A stretch of DNA of 64,000 bases, from positions 32,488,001 to 32,552,000 of the forward strand of contig NW_026262712.1 in the NCBI RefSeq assembly GCF_021869535.1, in the 5' to 3' direction. The notes under the pieces are model-generated. The model was given only the letters and a program-made list of their open reading frames with translations, made no database searches and had not been told where the DNA came from. Of the stretch, positions 23,044 through 36,800 are shown in pieces. The position numbers were made by a program, and so were the translations under genes. The DNA is from Mytilus californianus (taxonomy: Eukaryota). Numbering within the stretch: the stretch's first letter is position 1; every line of letters starts with the position of its first letter.

Positions 23044-26000
23044 TGAGAGACACCTGATCCATAAACAATAAAAGTCTATTTTGATAAAAAGAGATGTGTG
23101 TTATAAATCTAAGAGACAGCAACCCAACAACTATAGCCAAAGAAATCTAGAGAACACATAGTCTTCAACAATAGACATACATGTGTCTAAATTGCTCTTA
23201 GTGTATAAATGTTGTGAATAAATTAAACAAACACAAAAAAATATGCCAGTAACATATATTTTTGAATAATTGCAGACTGGAGCATGGTATTGTAATATTA
23301 TTTTATTTCAAAATTCTATGCATGTTATGATGTATGATTTTTTTTCTTTCAGATTAATCAATGAAGACTTAATTGAAGAGGATTGGAATGCAGAAACTTT
23401 TGACTTAATTCATGAATAATATCAATGGATGATGAAGAAAACTGACCAAACTGACAAAGTATTTCGTATGCGTGTAAACTGGACATTTTTGTTTGTTTAA
23501 TGCACAATAAACAAATTTGTAAAATTGAAAATTAAAACCATTTGTGAAAGATTTCAAGGACCAAAAGTTACCATGGACTTATGAATAATTTAACCAGAAA
23601 AATGATTTACATGTACAATTAAGTAAATACATCTTTTACTAAAAAGTGATAATTTATCAACATTAATATTTTAAAGAGGTTGATCTTTTCATTTAAAAGG
23701 TCTTAAATGTGGATAATGTATAAACTGTTGTAATTTCTTTAATTGTTGACTTGCATTAAAATGGTTATTGTCTTATTTCAAGTTTTCTTATTAATTCATT
23801 CAAAAATAAGCAGTGCATGCAAAATGATATCTAACGTTTCAGTGGAATTGTCAATTTCCATTGAAATATCACTGGTTTTCTTTGGTTGATTGTTACAATT
23901 TCCAATTGAATTACCACTGGTATCCCAGTTGAAAACAACAAATGTCCAGTGGGAAAACAATGGTATTCCAACGAAGTTTTCACTGGTATTCCAATGGAAT
24001 TTCCACTGTATTCCACTCGAGTATTCACCGGAATCCCATTGGATATTTCACTGATATCCCAATGGAAAATAATGAATGTCCAATTAAAATCCCGACCAAA
24101 TTTCCCAGTGGTAATACAGTGGTATTCCAATGGAACTCTGATGGAACTCCACTGGTATTTTCAGTGAAATCCCACTTTACATTTTCAGTAGGGTATCCTA
24201 TTCTTGTTAGTTCAACTCCTTAACAACCACACAACAGCATTTAATGAAATTTGGAAGGTGGTAAGAATGCAATAAGTGTGTATATTACAAAGTTCTATGA
24301 AATTTTGATTCCCTGCATTATCATTTCATATTTTGAGTTATAGTCCCAGCTCAATTGACACTGAAAAATAAATAATTTGCCATTTTTATCTGCAAAAAAA
24401 TGACCGCCAAAGTCAAATATACTAGTGGTTGGATATTGTACCCTATGAAATAAAAATTTCAAAAATCATTTATCTGAAGCTACTAAAATAAAATGAACCA
24501 AACTTTAAAGTCTCATGAAGGTCAAATTTGCAAGGAACACACCACTTCATGATAATACATTCATATTTGCCAAAGATGTAAGACCTAGGTCAAAAGTCAT
24601 GGCCTGGTCATTTTCATGCTAAAAACTACATAAAGTTGACCTTATGGTCAAATTTCAAGATCACACGAAGGTCATCATGGTGCAAGACACATTACCTGAT
24701 GATGATACATCTACATACCAAAGATCTAAGTCCAAGGTCAAAAGACAACAAGGCATGGTAAAGTGTTTATAGTAAAAAAAAAATGACCTTGAGGTCAATT
24801 TAAGGTCACATGAAGATCATCACAACACAGGACACTCCATCTCATTATGATACATCCTCATACAAAAGATACAGGACCTAGGTAAAAAAAACAACAACAA
24901 AAATGCATATGGCCTTGTTTTCTATCAAAAATTCATATATTTGACCTTGAGGTCAAATTTCAAGGTCACATGAAAGTCATCTTGATATGTGACACTCTAC
25001 CTCATGATGATACTTCAACATGCAAAATATCTAAGCCCTAGGTCAAAAGACAAGAAAACTATGCCCCAAATATATTATCAGAATGGAACTTGCTCTTATT
25101 TATTGAGGGTGGTGGTATTATAAAAAACTATAATTAAAAAAAATCTGGTGGATAAAATTTATACATTTTTGCAAGAATTACAAACTGATATAGCACTACA
25201 AATGGTTAGTTTAAAAAAAAAATTAAACGACACGTTTTATTTTTTTTTTAAATTTTTTCTTCAAATACTTGACCCATCATATTCACTGTGGGGGGCTGAA
25301 TCTGAGACCCCCCTTTTTAAATTCGGACAAAAATTTAAATCCAGAATAAAAAAAATACAAGTAAAGGGAATAGGTGAACTAAAATTCGCCTCAGTTTTCA
25401 CTATTAACTATGCTATTGTCAATTTAGGATCAATTTTAAATTTTTTAACATATATACCCCTATACCCATATTTCTGAAACTTCCAAATTTGGCTGATATT
25501 AGCATGTAAAAGATGCCATATTCGAGTTGCCAAATCTTTTAAACGTATGATTCAAATCCTTCGAAATTTTTATAAGATGTTTAGCTTGGCCTAGTTTATC
25601 AATGGGATAAAAACAAGAAAAATTAAACGACAGGTTTTTTTTGGATTATAGTGTTGGGTACCCCCTTAAGTGACCATTAAACATTACCAGGTATTTTTCC
25701 TCTAATTGCTATAGTTCGCATGTTCTATTTCTAGCAATAGAGGCCAAATTTGACGAACAGAACATATAAACAGATTATATATACATTGAACGATACATTG
25801 CCAGATTTGACATTTTAATCCATGTTAAATTATCCTGACATGTTTCACTAACTGTGTTTTTACTGCTGTACTTAAAAAGAAAAAAAAAACTAAATATTAT
25901 TGTTTGATTTATTTTTTGTTTAACTTTGCCGCATAAAGGGATATAACTGAGTAACAGAAACTTTTTTAAAAACAATGTGTTATGAATATCCCCAATTTAT

Positions 26001-26349
26001 TATATAGCAAGAAAGTTCTGTGGCCCCATTTTTCCTTTTTCTTCTCTGAAAGCATATTATTTGATCTACCTTCTCATATTTTATCTTACAATTCGATGGT
26101 TAAGTTTTCATTTTATCACACAAAATTGGGTTTTCCATGCATAATCTTTACAAAATTTGACAATTTTGTACAACATGTAGAGTAAAAAAAATCCCAGTGA
26201 CCCATACTTTTTATTATATTTAAAAAAAAAAACCGTGACATAAACAACATTTTGACCAGTTATTAAAAGATTCTATACATTTAAATTAACGCCCCCACCT
26301 ACAATAAGACAAGTTATTTCAGAGCGAAACTAGTCGAATTATTGTATCA

Positions 26350-26560
26350 CTAGCCTGTCATTTATGAGGTTTTGAGTTCGAATCCCGCAGGTGGCAAGTG
26401 TCCTCGATTTCAATCTTTATTTACTAAGAAGGTCAGTTTCCTACTGAAGGTCGGTGGTTCTCTCCGGACACTCCGGGTTCCTCCGCCAGAAAAAAAATGA
26501 CTGCCACGAAAATGCACACAAGTGCTGAAAGTTGCGTTAAACAACAACCAATCGATCAAT
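26350..26560 (+). mobile_element. tRNA-derived SINE with a V-domain-like core
   Basis: B-box gagttcgaatccc (26374-26386), V-like core ggttctctccggacactccgggttcctcc, short repetitive tail. Confidence 0.6.
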
Positions 26561-27088
26561 TTGTTGATTCTGATTTTATTCTGTAAGGGGTGGGGGAAGT
26601 TGTTGTATTACTTTTTGGACGAACAGAAAATAAATTTTAATAAATAATAATAATGCCCTGTTCTGAGAGTAAAACAAAAATAGTCTGGTCGGCTTTAAAT
26701 TAGAAATAAGTATTTTGACTATATTAAATTTTCAAGCACTGCTCTTTCAGAATGAAATGGTCGTCCTCTAACTTTGAACAAATTATTCCATAATCTAAAA
26801 ACGAATGGATGTATCAACCATAATAATGTTACTTGTCATTAAATGTTAAATGCTTGAGATGAGTTATGAAAAGGACAACTTTTATCTAAAAAAATATTAC
26901 CAACTATGCCAGATGTTCACGAGGTTTAGACGATTACAGGTTGATGACCATTATCTCCCTTGTACATGTTGTATTATACCTTTGAACATATTATTTAAAC
27001 AAAAGCAAATTGGACATATCCACCACAATAATATTTTCTGTTGTTAATTAACATGTTAGATGTACATAATATAACATAGCATACATAC

Positions 27089-27240
27089 GAAGTTATTAGT
27101 TTAAAGGAGTAAAACGACTGTAGAAATAGAAATTCCAGCAGGAAGGTAAACAATAGGTAAATGTATCACATGATTTGTTATGACGTTTATCTCTATAATA
27201 TTTATACAATAATCAAGTGATATTCGCGGTATATTTAAAC
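27089..27240 (-). promoter_or_regulatory. Putative promoter and non-coding exon 1 of the minus-strand TRIM-like gene
   Basis: Reverse complement reads ataccgc...tcacttg...TATAAA (27201-27206)...gatacattt...TGTTTAC...|GTATGTatgctatgttatattatg (donor 27088). Homologous to the modules at 41530-41780 and 52960-53150. Confidence 0.65.
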
Positions 27241-29344
27241 AAAGAAAATTATAATGATATAACTTTGATTTGTGCGAATTATCAGGATAACGAAAACTGC
27301 CACTTTATTTGATTAATACTTCTTAATGCTTTGAAAACCGACACAAATTGTATAATTAGCAATGTTCCCATATTTTTTGTACTATTATCCGTTGAACAGT
27401 TGTCTGATCGCTCAACCATCTCAATGTAGATATCATGAAAAAGTGAAGTAAAAAACAAAACAAAAAAAACCCCAAAAAAATCAAATGAAAATGAAGCCTC
27501 AATTGTTAATTGTAGAATAGAAATATAATACCTTTATTATCGGAGAATATATATTTTTTTCTCTTACGAAATAGGAGAACATTTTTTTTCTATTTTTATT
27601 ACGAAATAGGAGAAAAGCTCGCCGAGGCTTACTTGTTTCCAACGATCGTACACATTATCTTTTATAAAAATTGTCTTATTTAATATAATATGTATTGTAT
27701 TTATATAATAAGTTTGTGTTTGATATTGCTGTTTCCGATTCTTAGACAATGAGATGGTAAAAAAAAAAAGAAGAAAAAAAAAGCAAGGTCGGTTGAACAC
27801 GCGTCTGATTTGTGAGCGGACATATTCATATTATCAAAGTAAACGTCGGCTTTTACAGCCAACGGCCGTACGGTTGCCTGTTACAGCTTACATTTACAGC
27901 TGGTGATAGTTGTATCCTTGGCATTCATTCCACACCCAATATTTTTATATTTATTTCTTTTTATCGTTTGAGACCGTATATTTAAAAAGATCTTTGACTT
28001 TTGTTCGGACGGTCATTGAATCGTTCACGTTTATTTCAAATCCGTTTCATTAGAAAATTATTACACATTGTTTACCTAAGAAGAATTCAGTGTATTAAGA
28101 TACGATACCAAGTACTAGTATGTAAAAGTCTTGCTTATCATACGATGTTGATGTCAGGTTCCTGCTGCAGTTGTGAAAATGATTGCAGTCGTACAGAAAA
28201 AGAAAATGTCCAAATCCATCGTCTGTTTTATATGCAATCCTAGCATCACTGTTCAAATCAATTTGACTATTTGATTGTCAAGTTATCAATTCTTTTTAAT
28301 ATAAGTGAAAAAATTGCTTACAATAGCATTTACCCTGAAGTCGTTTTAATTATCAATTTATTTGAAAGGTTAGTAGTAATCTTGTGCCTCATTCGGTCTT
28401 GTGGTAGACTTTTCTAGATAAAACAAAAGTTTCATTGGTTTTGTTATGAAATCTGGACAGATTTTGCTTAACTAATTCAAATCGTCTTTACTGAATAATA
28501 AACTTGTTTTGAAGTAATAATATTTCAAGTCGATGCTTCCATTATCGATCCATCAATCAACAAAAAAATTATTACAAATATGAATAAAAGTATGATATAT
28601 TAGAATTTATTCGATTTAAAAATATTCAATCAATTAAACCAAAGATTATGATGAATCTTCTGTACAAAAGTCGGTTAGGGCCAACGTTTTATAAAAACAA
28701 AACAGCCGATTTATTTCTATTACTATAAATTAGTGTAGTCATTGATTATTTGCGCGCAATGATCTACTAAAAGTTATTTAAGATACAACGTATATTTACA
28801 ATTCTCTTGATATATATTTTGAGCATATTCTATACCAATTTTGTATAAGAGACAATGTATTCTTTTTAAGTTTGGCCCAATTGAATAGTTAAATCGTATT
28901 CTGCTCATTCATGTCATTTGTTCAGATTAATTGATACGTAGGCGAAATTCTCTTTGCAATATGACCACATGCAATTTTCGTTGTCCGGTCAAATATTTAT
29001 ACTTGTATCCGGTTTATGTTTCCTCTGCAGTCCAATCATTCGTTTAAAAGATTAATTACCGGTTTTTTAAAACGTCACTAATTATAGAAAAATGAACGAA
29101 GCTTCCAAAACGAATTAGCGATCGATTTCAAAAAATTAGCTTACCGATATGTCAAAGAAACAAATGAAACCTTCCACCATAAAACCCACTCCCCTAACCC
29201 CTCCTCCCCCCAAAAAAAAGAAATATAAATAAACTCATTATAGATACCAGGATTTAAATTATGCACGCCAGATGCGCGTTTCGTCATTAAAAGACTCATC
29301 AGCGACGCTCGAATCAAAAACGTTTTTAAAGAAACAAAATATAG

Positions 29345-29815
29345 TAGAAAGCAGCTCGTACTCCCGAGATTTAGAACTACAAAATTATAATATGGTTTGA
29401 GATCGTTTCTCTATAATGCTGCCAAATCTGGAGTGTAACCAATTAAAAAAATTGGTACATCCCAATAACAGCTCATGCCAATGCGGTGCATGTGTATAGT
29501 GCTTTTCTACTTGTGCTTCTTTATTTTTGATTTTGTTTTACTGTTTGATTGCTTTAGCTTTTTTAGTTGCTATCATCTGCTGTGCTTATCATTCTTACTA
29601 ATGCCATGTTTTGAGATATACTCAATTTTGCATACTATGCATTAAACTTTTATATGTCATCTATAGTATCTTACCATTTACTGTATGCTTAAAATGATGT
29701 TATTTTCATGACTTTTGTATGAGTGTATATATTTTGTTATTCAGTCAATTTGAAAAGCTCACTAGAGCTTGTGTTTGTGCAGTTTTTTGAATATCAATTG
29801 AAAATAAACTTTAAA
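29345..29815 (+). mobile_element. 3' fragment of a CR1/L2-like LINE inserted in another dispersed repeat
   Basis: Degenerate translation LVLPRFRTTK..YGLRSFLYNAAK resembles LINE RT C-termini, followed by a 3' UTR ending in aataaa. Flanked by pieces of another repeat (29230-29340 and 29815-30050). Confidence 0.4.
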
Positions 29816-30834
29816 TTGAGTTGAAGAGCATTCATGACCCGACATTCCGAATGGTTTTGTCCAATACAGATATTGTTATAATTTCCTTGGGTAGAAAATC
29901 CTTAGTATTTAGAAAAATGCAATGTTTTTTAAACAGTACATTTATAATTATGACCATATCAATGATAATTCATGTCAACACAGAAGAGCTGACGGTACTG
30001 GAAACCTCCACCGGCAGTGTCATCGACCCAGCTGTTGTAAATAAATTCATCATAGATACCATCCTACTCTATCCCACCCTACTCATGCAGCCATACCTTG
30101 AAGTTATTGTGTATCAGTGGCACGTGTTATTTAGAGGTAGTCTACCTCTGCCCCTTGTATTATGGCCGAGGTGGACAATCTCTGAGTTTAGCAAGCTGGC
30201 AATATTCAAAGAGAGGCCAAAGATATCAAAGGAATATTCAAACTCAGTAGTCGAAAACAAACTGTCAATGTCATGGCAAATTAACGATTAACGACGAAAA
30301 GACAAACAACAATACACAAAACACACATAGAAAACTAAGGACTGAGCAACACGAACTATGAACCATGTGACATACCGGTATATGGTGTTTGTGGAACGAT
30401 GCATTATAAAGGACAATTATATAATGGCATTTTCGTTATTGACATTAATCTCATCAGCAAGAACATAGAGGGAACCAGTAAGGGCGAGATGATATTCGAG
30501 CTGATGAAGTCAGAATAAAAAAATTATTTAACATTATTCTTTTTATCAGCCACTTCTCTTAACTATATGTTTTGTTTTGATTTGAAATATAAAATATCTT
30601 GAAGGACTTACAATCTAGTAAAACTACTATTTAAGCTTTCAAAGAGGTGTATTTGTTTATCTTGGACTGTCTCATGACATTGTATATACTTCATTGTTTG
30701 CAGCAATAGGGTTTTGTCTTTACATTTTGAAGTTTTATCTTTAAGATCAAGAGTTAAGTATTTAAGTTTTGTAGTTTTATCTTTTAACGATATGAGGCTT
30801 TGCCTTTATGGTTGGTCTTTTTATCTTTCCTAGC

Positions 30835-33800
30835 GCATTGTTCCTTTTGTGATTATGTCGTTACGTTCTGTAGTGATGTCATTGCGTTCTGTGGTGATGG
30901 CTTTATGTTGTGTAGAGAAGTCGTTACGTTGTGTAGTGATGTCTTTATGTTGTGTAGTGATGTCGTTAGGTTCTGTAGTGATGTCGTAACGTTCTGTACT
31001 GATATATCTCTACGATTTGTAGTGATTTCGTTACGTTGTGTAGTGATGGCTGTATGTTGTGTAATGAAGTCGTTACGTTGTGTATTGATAACTTTACATT
31101 ATGAATCGATGTCGTTACGTTGTGTAGTGAAATCTTTTCGTTATGTAGTGATGTCTTTTTGTTCTGTAGTGATTTCGTAACGTTCTGAAGCGATGTCTTT
31201 ACGTTCGAAAGTGATGCCTTTACGTTCTGTAGTGATGTCATTAGGTTCTGTAATGATGTCCTAACATTTAGAAGTGATGTCTTTAAGTTCTGTAGTGATG
31301 TCTTTAAGTTCTGCAGTGACGTCTTTACGTTCTGCAGTGATGTCTTTAGCTTCTGTTATGATTTCGTTACGTTCTGTAGTGATGTCTTTACGTTGTGTAG
31401 TGATGTTTTAAAGTTGTGAAGTGATGTCTTTACGTTCTGAAGTGATGTCTTTACGTTCTGTAGTGATGTCTTACGATCTGTAGTAATGGCTTTATGTTGT
31501 GTAGTGAAGTCGTTACGTTGTATAGTGATGTCTTTACGTTCTATAGTGATGTCTGTAGGTTCTGTAGTGATGTCTTTACGTTCTAAATGATGTCTTCAGG
31601 TTCTGTAGTGATATTAAGTCCTGTAATGATGTCTTTACGTTCTGTCGTGATGTCTTAACGTTCTGTAGTGTTGTTGTTAGGTTCTGTAGTGATGTCTTTA
31701 CGTTCTGTAGTGATGTCTTACGATCTGTAGTTATGGCTTTATGTTGTGTAGTGAAGTCGTTACGTTGTATAGTGATGTCTTTACGTTCTATAGTGATGTC
31801 TGTAGGTTCTGTAGTGATGTCTTTACGTTCCAAATGATGTCTTCAGGTTCTGTAGTGATATTAAGTCCTGTAATGATGTCTTTACGTTCTGTCGTAATGT
31901 CTTAACGTTCTGTAGTGTTGTTGTTAGGTTCTGTAGTGATGTCTTTACGTTATGTAGTGATGTCTTTACGTTTAGTAGTGATGTCTTCACGTTGTTTAGT
32001 GATTTCTTTATGTTGTGTAGTGATATCTTTACGTTGTGTAGTGATGTCTTTACGTTCTGCAGTGATGTTGTTACGTTGTGTAGTGATGTCTGTATGTTGT
32101 GTAGTGATGTCTTTACGTTGTGTAGTGATGCCTTTTCGTTGTGTAGTAATGTCGTTACGTTGTGTAGTGATGTCTTACGTTCTGATGTAATGGCTTTATG
32201 TTGTGTAGTGAAGTCATTATGTTCTGTAGTGATGTGTTTAGGTTCTGTTGTGATGTCTTTACGTTCTAAATGATGTTTTTAGGTTCTATAGTGATATCTT
32301 TACGTTGTGTAGTGATGTATTTACGTTTTATAGTGATGTCTTTACTTTCTGTAGCGATGTCTTGAAGTCCTGTAGTGATGTCTTTACGTTCTATCGTGAT
32401 GTCTTAACGTTTTGTAGTGTTGTTGTTAGGTTCTGTAGTGATGTCTTTACGTTCTGTAGTGATGTCTTTAGGTTCTGTTGTGATGTCTTTACGTTCTTAA
32501 TGATGTCTTTAGGTTCTATAGTGATATCTGTACGTTGTATAGTGATGTATAAATGTTTTATAGTGATGTCTTTACTTTCTGTAGTGATGTCTTGAAGTCC
32601 TGTAGTGATGTCTTTACGTTCTATCGTGATGTCTTAACGTTCTGTAGTGTTGTTGTTAGGTTCTGTAGTGATGTCTTTTCGTTCTGTAGTGATTTCGTAA
32701 CGTTCTGAAGCGATGTCTTTACGTTCGAAAGTGATGCCTTTACGTTCTGTAGTGATGTCATTAGGTTCTGTAATGATGTCCTAACATTTAGAAGTGATGT
32801 CTTTAAGTTCTGTAGTGATGTCTGTAAGTTCTGTAGTGACGTCTTTTCGTTCTGTAGTGATGTCTTTAGCGTCTGTTATGATTTCGTCACGTTCTGTAGT
32901 GATGTCTTTACGTTGTGTAGTGATGTTTTTAAGTTGTGAAGTGATGTCTTTACGTTGTGTAGTGATGTTTTTAAGTTGTGAAGTGATGTCTTTACGTTCT
33001 GAAGAGATGTCTTTACGTTCTGTAGTGATGTCTTACGTTCTGTAGTAATGGCTTTATGTTGTGTAGTGAAGTCGTTACGTTGTGTAGTGATGTCTTTACG
33101 TTCTATAGTGATGTCTGTAGGTTCTGTAGTGATGTCTTTACGTTCTAAATGATGTCTTCAGGTTCTGTAGTGATATTAAGTCCTGTAGCGATGTCTTTAC
33201 GTTCTGTTGTGATGTCTTAACGTTCTGTAGTGTTGTTGTTAGGTTCTGTAGTGATGTCTTTACGTTTTGTAGTGATGTCTTTACGTTTAGTAGTGATGTC
33301 TTCACGTTGTGTAATGATTTCTTTATGTTGTGTAGTGATATCTTTACGTTGTGTAGTGAAGTCATGACGTTGTGTGTTGATGTTTTTACGTTGTGTAGTG
33401 ATGTCTTAGCGTTCTGTCGTGATGTCTTAACGTTCTGTAGTGTTGTCGTTACGTTGTGTAGTGATGTCTATATGTTGTGTAGTGATGTCTTCACGTTGTG
33501 TAGTAATGCCTTTTCGATATGTAGTGATGTCGTTACGTTGTGTAGTGATGTCTTACATTCTGATGTAATGGCTTTGTGTTGTGTAGTGAAGTCATTAAGT
33601 TCTGTAGTGATGTCTTTAGGTTCTGTTGTGATGTCTTTACGTTCTTAATGATGTCTTTAGGTTCTGTAGTGATATCTTTTAGTTGTGTAGTGATGTATTT
33701 ACGTTTTATAGTGATGTCTTTACTTTCTGTAGTGATGTCTTGAAGTCCTGTAGTGATGTCTTTACGTTCTATCGTGATGTCTTAACGTTCTGTAGTGATG

Positions 33801-36800
33801 TCTTTACGTTCTGTAGTGATTTCATTACGTTCTGTAGTGATGTATTTACGTTTTGTTGTGATTTCTTCACGTTGTGTAGTGATTTCTTTATGTTGTGTAG
33901 TGATGTCTTTACGTTGTGAAGTGAAGTCGTGACGTTGTGTAGTGATGTCTTTACGTTCCGTAGTGATGTCGTTACTTTGTGTAGTGATGTCTGTATCTTG
34001 TGTAGTGATGTCTTTACGTTGTGTAGTGATGCCTTTACGTTGTGAAGTGATGTCTTTACGTTGTGTAGTGATGTGTATACGTTGTGTAGTAATGTCTTTC
34101 CGTTCTAAAGTGATGTTTTTAAGTTGTGTAGTGATATCTTTACGTTGTGGAGTGATGTCCTTACGTTCTGTAGTGATGTTTCTACATTCTGTAGTTTTGT
34201 CGTTACGTTATGTAGTAATTTCTTTACGTTCTGTATTGATGTCTGTATGTTCTGTATTGATGTCTTTTCGTTCTGTAGTGATGTCTTAACGGTCTGTAGT
34301 GATGTATTTACGTTCTGTAGTGATGTCTTTACGTTCTGTAGTGATGGCTTTATGTTGTGTAGTGAAGTCGTTACGTTGTGTAGTGATGTCTTTATGTTTT
34401 GAAATGATGTCTTTACGTTGTGCAGTGATGTTTGTATTTTCTGTAGTGATGTCTCTAGGTTCTGTAGTGATGTTTTAACGGTCTGTAGTGATGTATTTAC
34501 GTTCTGTAGTGATGTCTTTACGTTCTGTAGTGATGGTTTTATGTTTTTTAGTGAAGTGGTTACGTTGTGTAGTGATGTCTTTTCGTTTTGAAGTGATGTC
34601 TTTACGTTGTGTAGTGATGTTTGTATTTTCTGTAGTGATGTCTTTAGGTTCTGTAGTGATGTCTTTACGTTCTGTAGTGATGTCTTTACGTTGTGTAGTG
34701 ATTCCTTTACGTTTTATAGTGATGTCTTTACTTTCTGTAGTGATGTCTTGAAGTCCTGTAGTGATGTCTTTACGTTCTATCGTGATGTCTTAACGTTCTG
34801 TAGTGATGTCTTAACGTTCTGTAGTGATTTCATTACGTTTTGTAGTGATGTATTTACGTTTTGTAGTGATTTCTTCACGTTGTGTAGTGATTTCTTTATG
34901 TTGTGTAAAGATGTCTTTACGTTGTGAAGTGAAGTCGTGACGTTGTGTAGTGATGTCTTTACGTTCTATAGTGATGTCGTTACGTTGTGTAGTGATGTCT
35001 GTATCTTGTGTAGTGATGTCTTTACGTTGTGTAGTGATGCCTTTACGTTGTGAAGTGATGTCTTTACGTTGTGTAGTGATGTGTATACGTTCTGTAGTAA
35101 TGTCTTTACGTTCTAAAGTGATGTTTTTAAGTTGTGTAGTGATATCTTTACGTTGTGGAGTGATGTCCTTACGTTCTGTAGTGATGTTTCTACATTCTGT
35201 AGTTTTGTCGTTACGTTATGTAGTAATTTCTTTACGTTCTGTATTGATGTCTGTATGTTCTGTATTGATGTCTTTTCGTTCTGTAGTGATGTCTTAACGG
35301 TCTGTAGTGATGTATTTACGTTCTGTAGTGATGTCTTTACGTTCTGTAGTGATGGCTTTATGTTGTGTAGTGAAGTCGTTACGTTGTGTAGTGATGTCTT
35401 TATGTTTTGAAATGATGTCTTTACGTTGTGCAGTGAAGTTTGTATTTTCTGTAGTGATGTCTTTAGGTTCTGTAGTGATGTCTTAACGGTCTGTAGTGAT
35501 GTATTTACGTTCTGTTGTGATGTCTTTATGTTCTGTAGTGATGGCTTTATGTTTTTTAGTGAAGTGGTTACGTTGTGTAGTGATGTCTTTTCGTTTTGAA
35601 GTGATGTCTTTACGTTGTGTAGTGATGTTTGTATTTTCTGTAGTGATGTCTTTAGGTTCTGTAGTGATGTCTTTACGTTCTGTAGTGATGTCTTTACGTT
35701 GTGTAGTGATTCCTTTACGTTGTGTAGTGATGTCTTTACGTTGTGTAGTGATGTGTATACGTTCTGTAGTAATGTCTTTACGTTCTAAAGTGATGTTTTT
35801 AAGTTGTATAGTGATATCTTTACGTTCTGTAGTGATGTCTTTACGTTGTGTAGTGATTCCTTTACGTTGTGTAGTGATGTCTTTACGTTGTGTAGTGATG
35901 TGTATACGTTCTGTAGTAATGTCTTTACGTTCTAAAGTGATATTTTTAAGTTGTATAGTGATATCTTTACGTTCTGAAGTGATGTCTTTACGTTCTGTAG
36001 TGATGTCTTACGTTCTGTAGTAATGGCTTTATGTTGTGTAGTAAAGTCGTTACGTTGTGTAGTGATGTCATTAGGTTCTGTAATGATGTCCTAACATTTA
36101 GAAGTGATGTCTTTAAGTTCTGTAGTGATGTCTTTAACTTCTGTAGTGACGTCTTTACGTTCTGTAGTGATGTCTTTAGCTTCTGTTATGATTTCGTTAC
36201 GTTCTGAATTGATGTCTTTACGGTGTGTAGTGATGTTTTAAAATTGTGAAGTGATGTCTTTACGTTCTGAAGTGATGTCTTTACGTTCTGTAGTGATGTC
36301 TTACGTTCTGTAGTAATGGCTTTAATTTGTGTTGTGAAGTTGTTACGTTGTGTAGTGATGTCTTTACGTTCTATAGTGATGTCTGTAGGTTCTGTAGTGA
36401 TGTCTTTACGTTCTAAATGATGTCTGCAGGTTCTGTAGTGATATCAAGTCCTGTAGTGATGTATTTACGTTCTCTCGTGATGTCTTAACGTCTTAATGTC
36501 TTGTGTAGTGATGTCTTTACGTTGTGTAGTGATGCCTTTACGTTGTGAAGTGATGTCTTTACGTTGTGTAGTGATGTGTATACGTTCTGTAGTAATGTCT
36601 TTACGTTCTAAAGTGATGTTTTTAAGTTGTGTAGTGATATCTTTACGTTGTGGAGTGATGTCCTTACGTTCTGTAGTGATGTTTCTACATTCTGTAGTTT
36701 TGTCGTAACGTTATGTAGTAATTTCTTTACGTTCTGTATTGATGTATGTATGTTCTGTATTGATGTCTTTTCGTTCTGTAGTGATGTCTTAACATTTAGA

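Larger units (their letters stand above)
20288..24193. mobile_element. Non-autonomous CMC/EnSpm(CACTA)-like TIR element, 3906 bp
   Basis: Perfect 14-bp TIR CCCTACTGAAAATG / CATTTTCAGTAGGG, extending imperfectly to about 31 bp. TA on both sides (20286-87, 24194-95). Dense subterminal ttccactgg/ccagtggaa repeats at 20310-20525 and 23835-24170. Absent from the paralogous site at about 14395. Confidence 0.85.
16179..25966 (+). repeat. Second copy of a 5.9 kb tandem segmental duplication (source 10287-16176), interrupted by a 3.9 kb insertion
   Basis: Identical ORFs are offset by 5890-5893 bp (11509/17402, 11840/17733, 13270/19160). It includes a second Kolobok right end (ends 25665, TTAA 25666-25669) followed by the same ~300 bp of flank. 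Confidence 0.9.

Noticed and set aside
23831-24223. Three overlapping ORFs
   Set aside because: They arise from the subterminal ttccactgg repeats of the EnSpm-like element.
26374-26386. tRNA gene
   Set aside because: Only a B-box is present, followed by a SINE core. No cloverleaf could be built.
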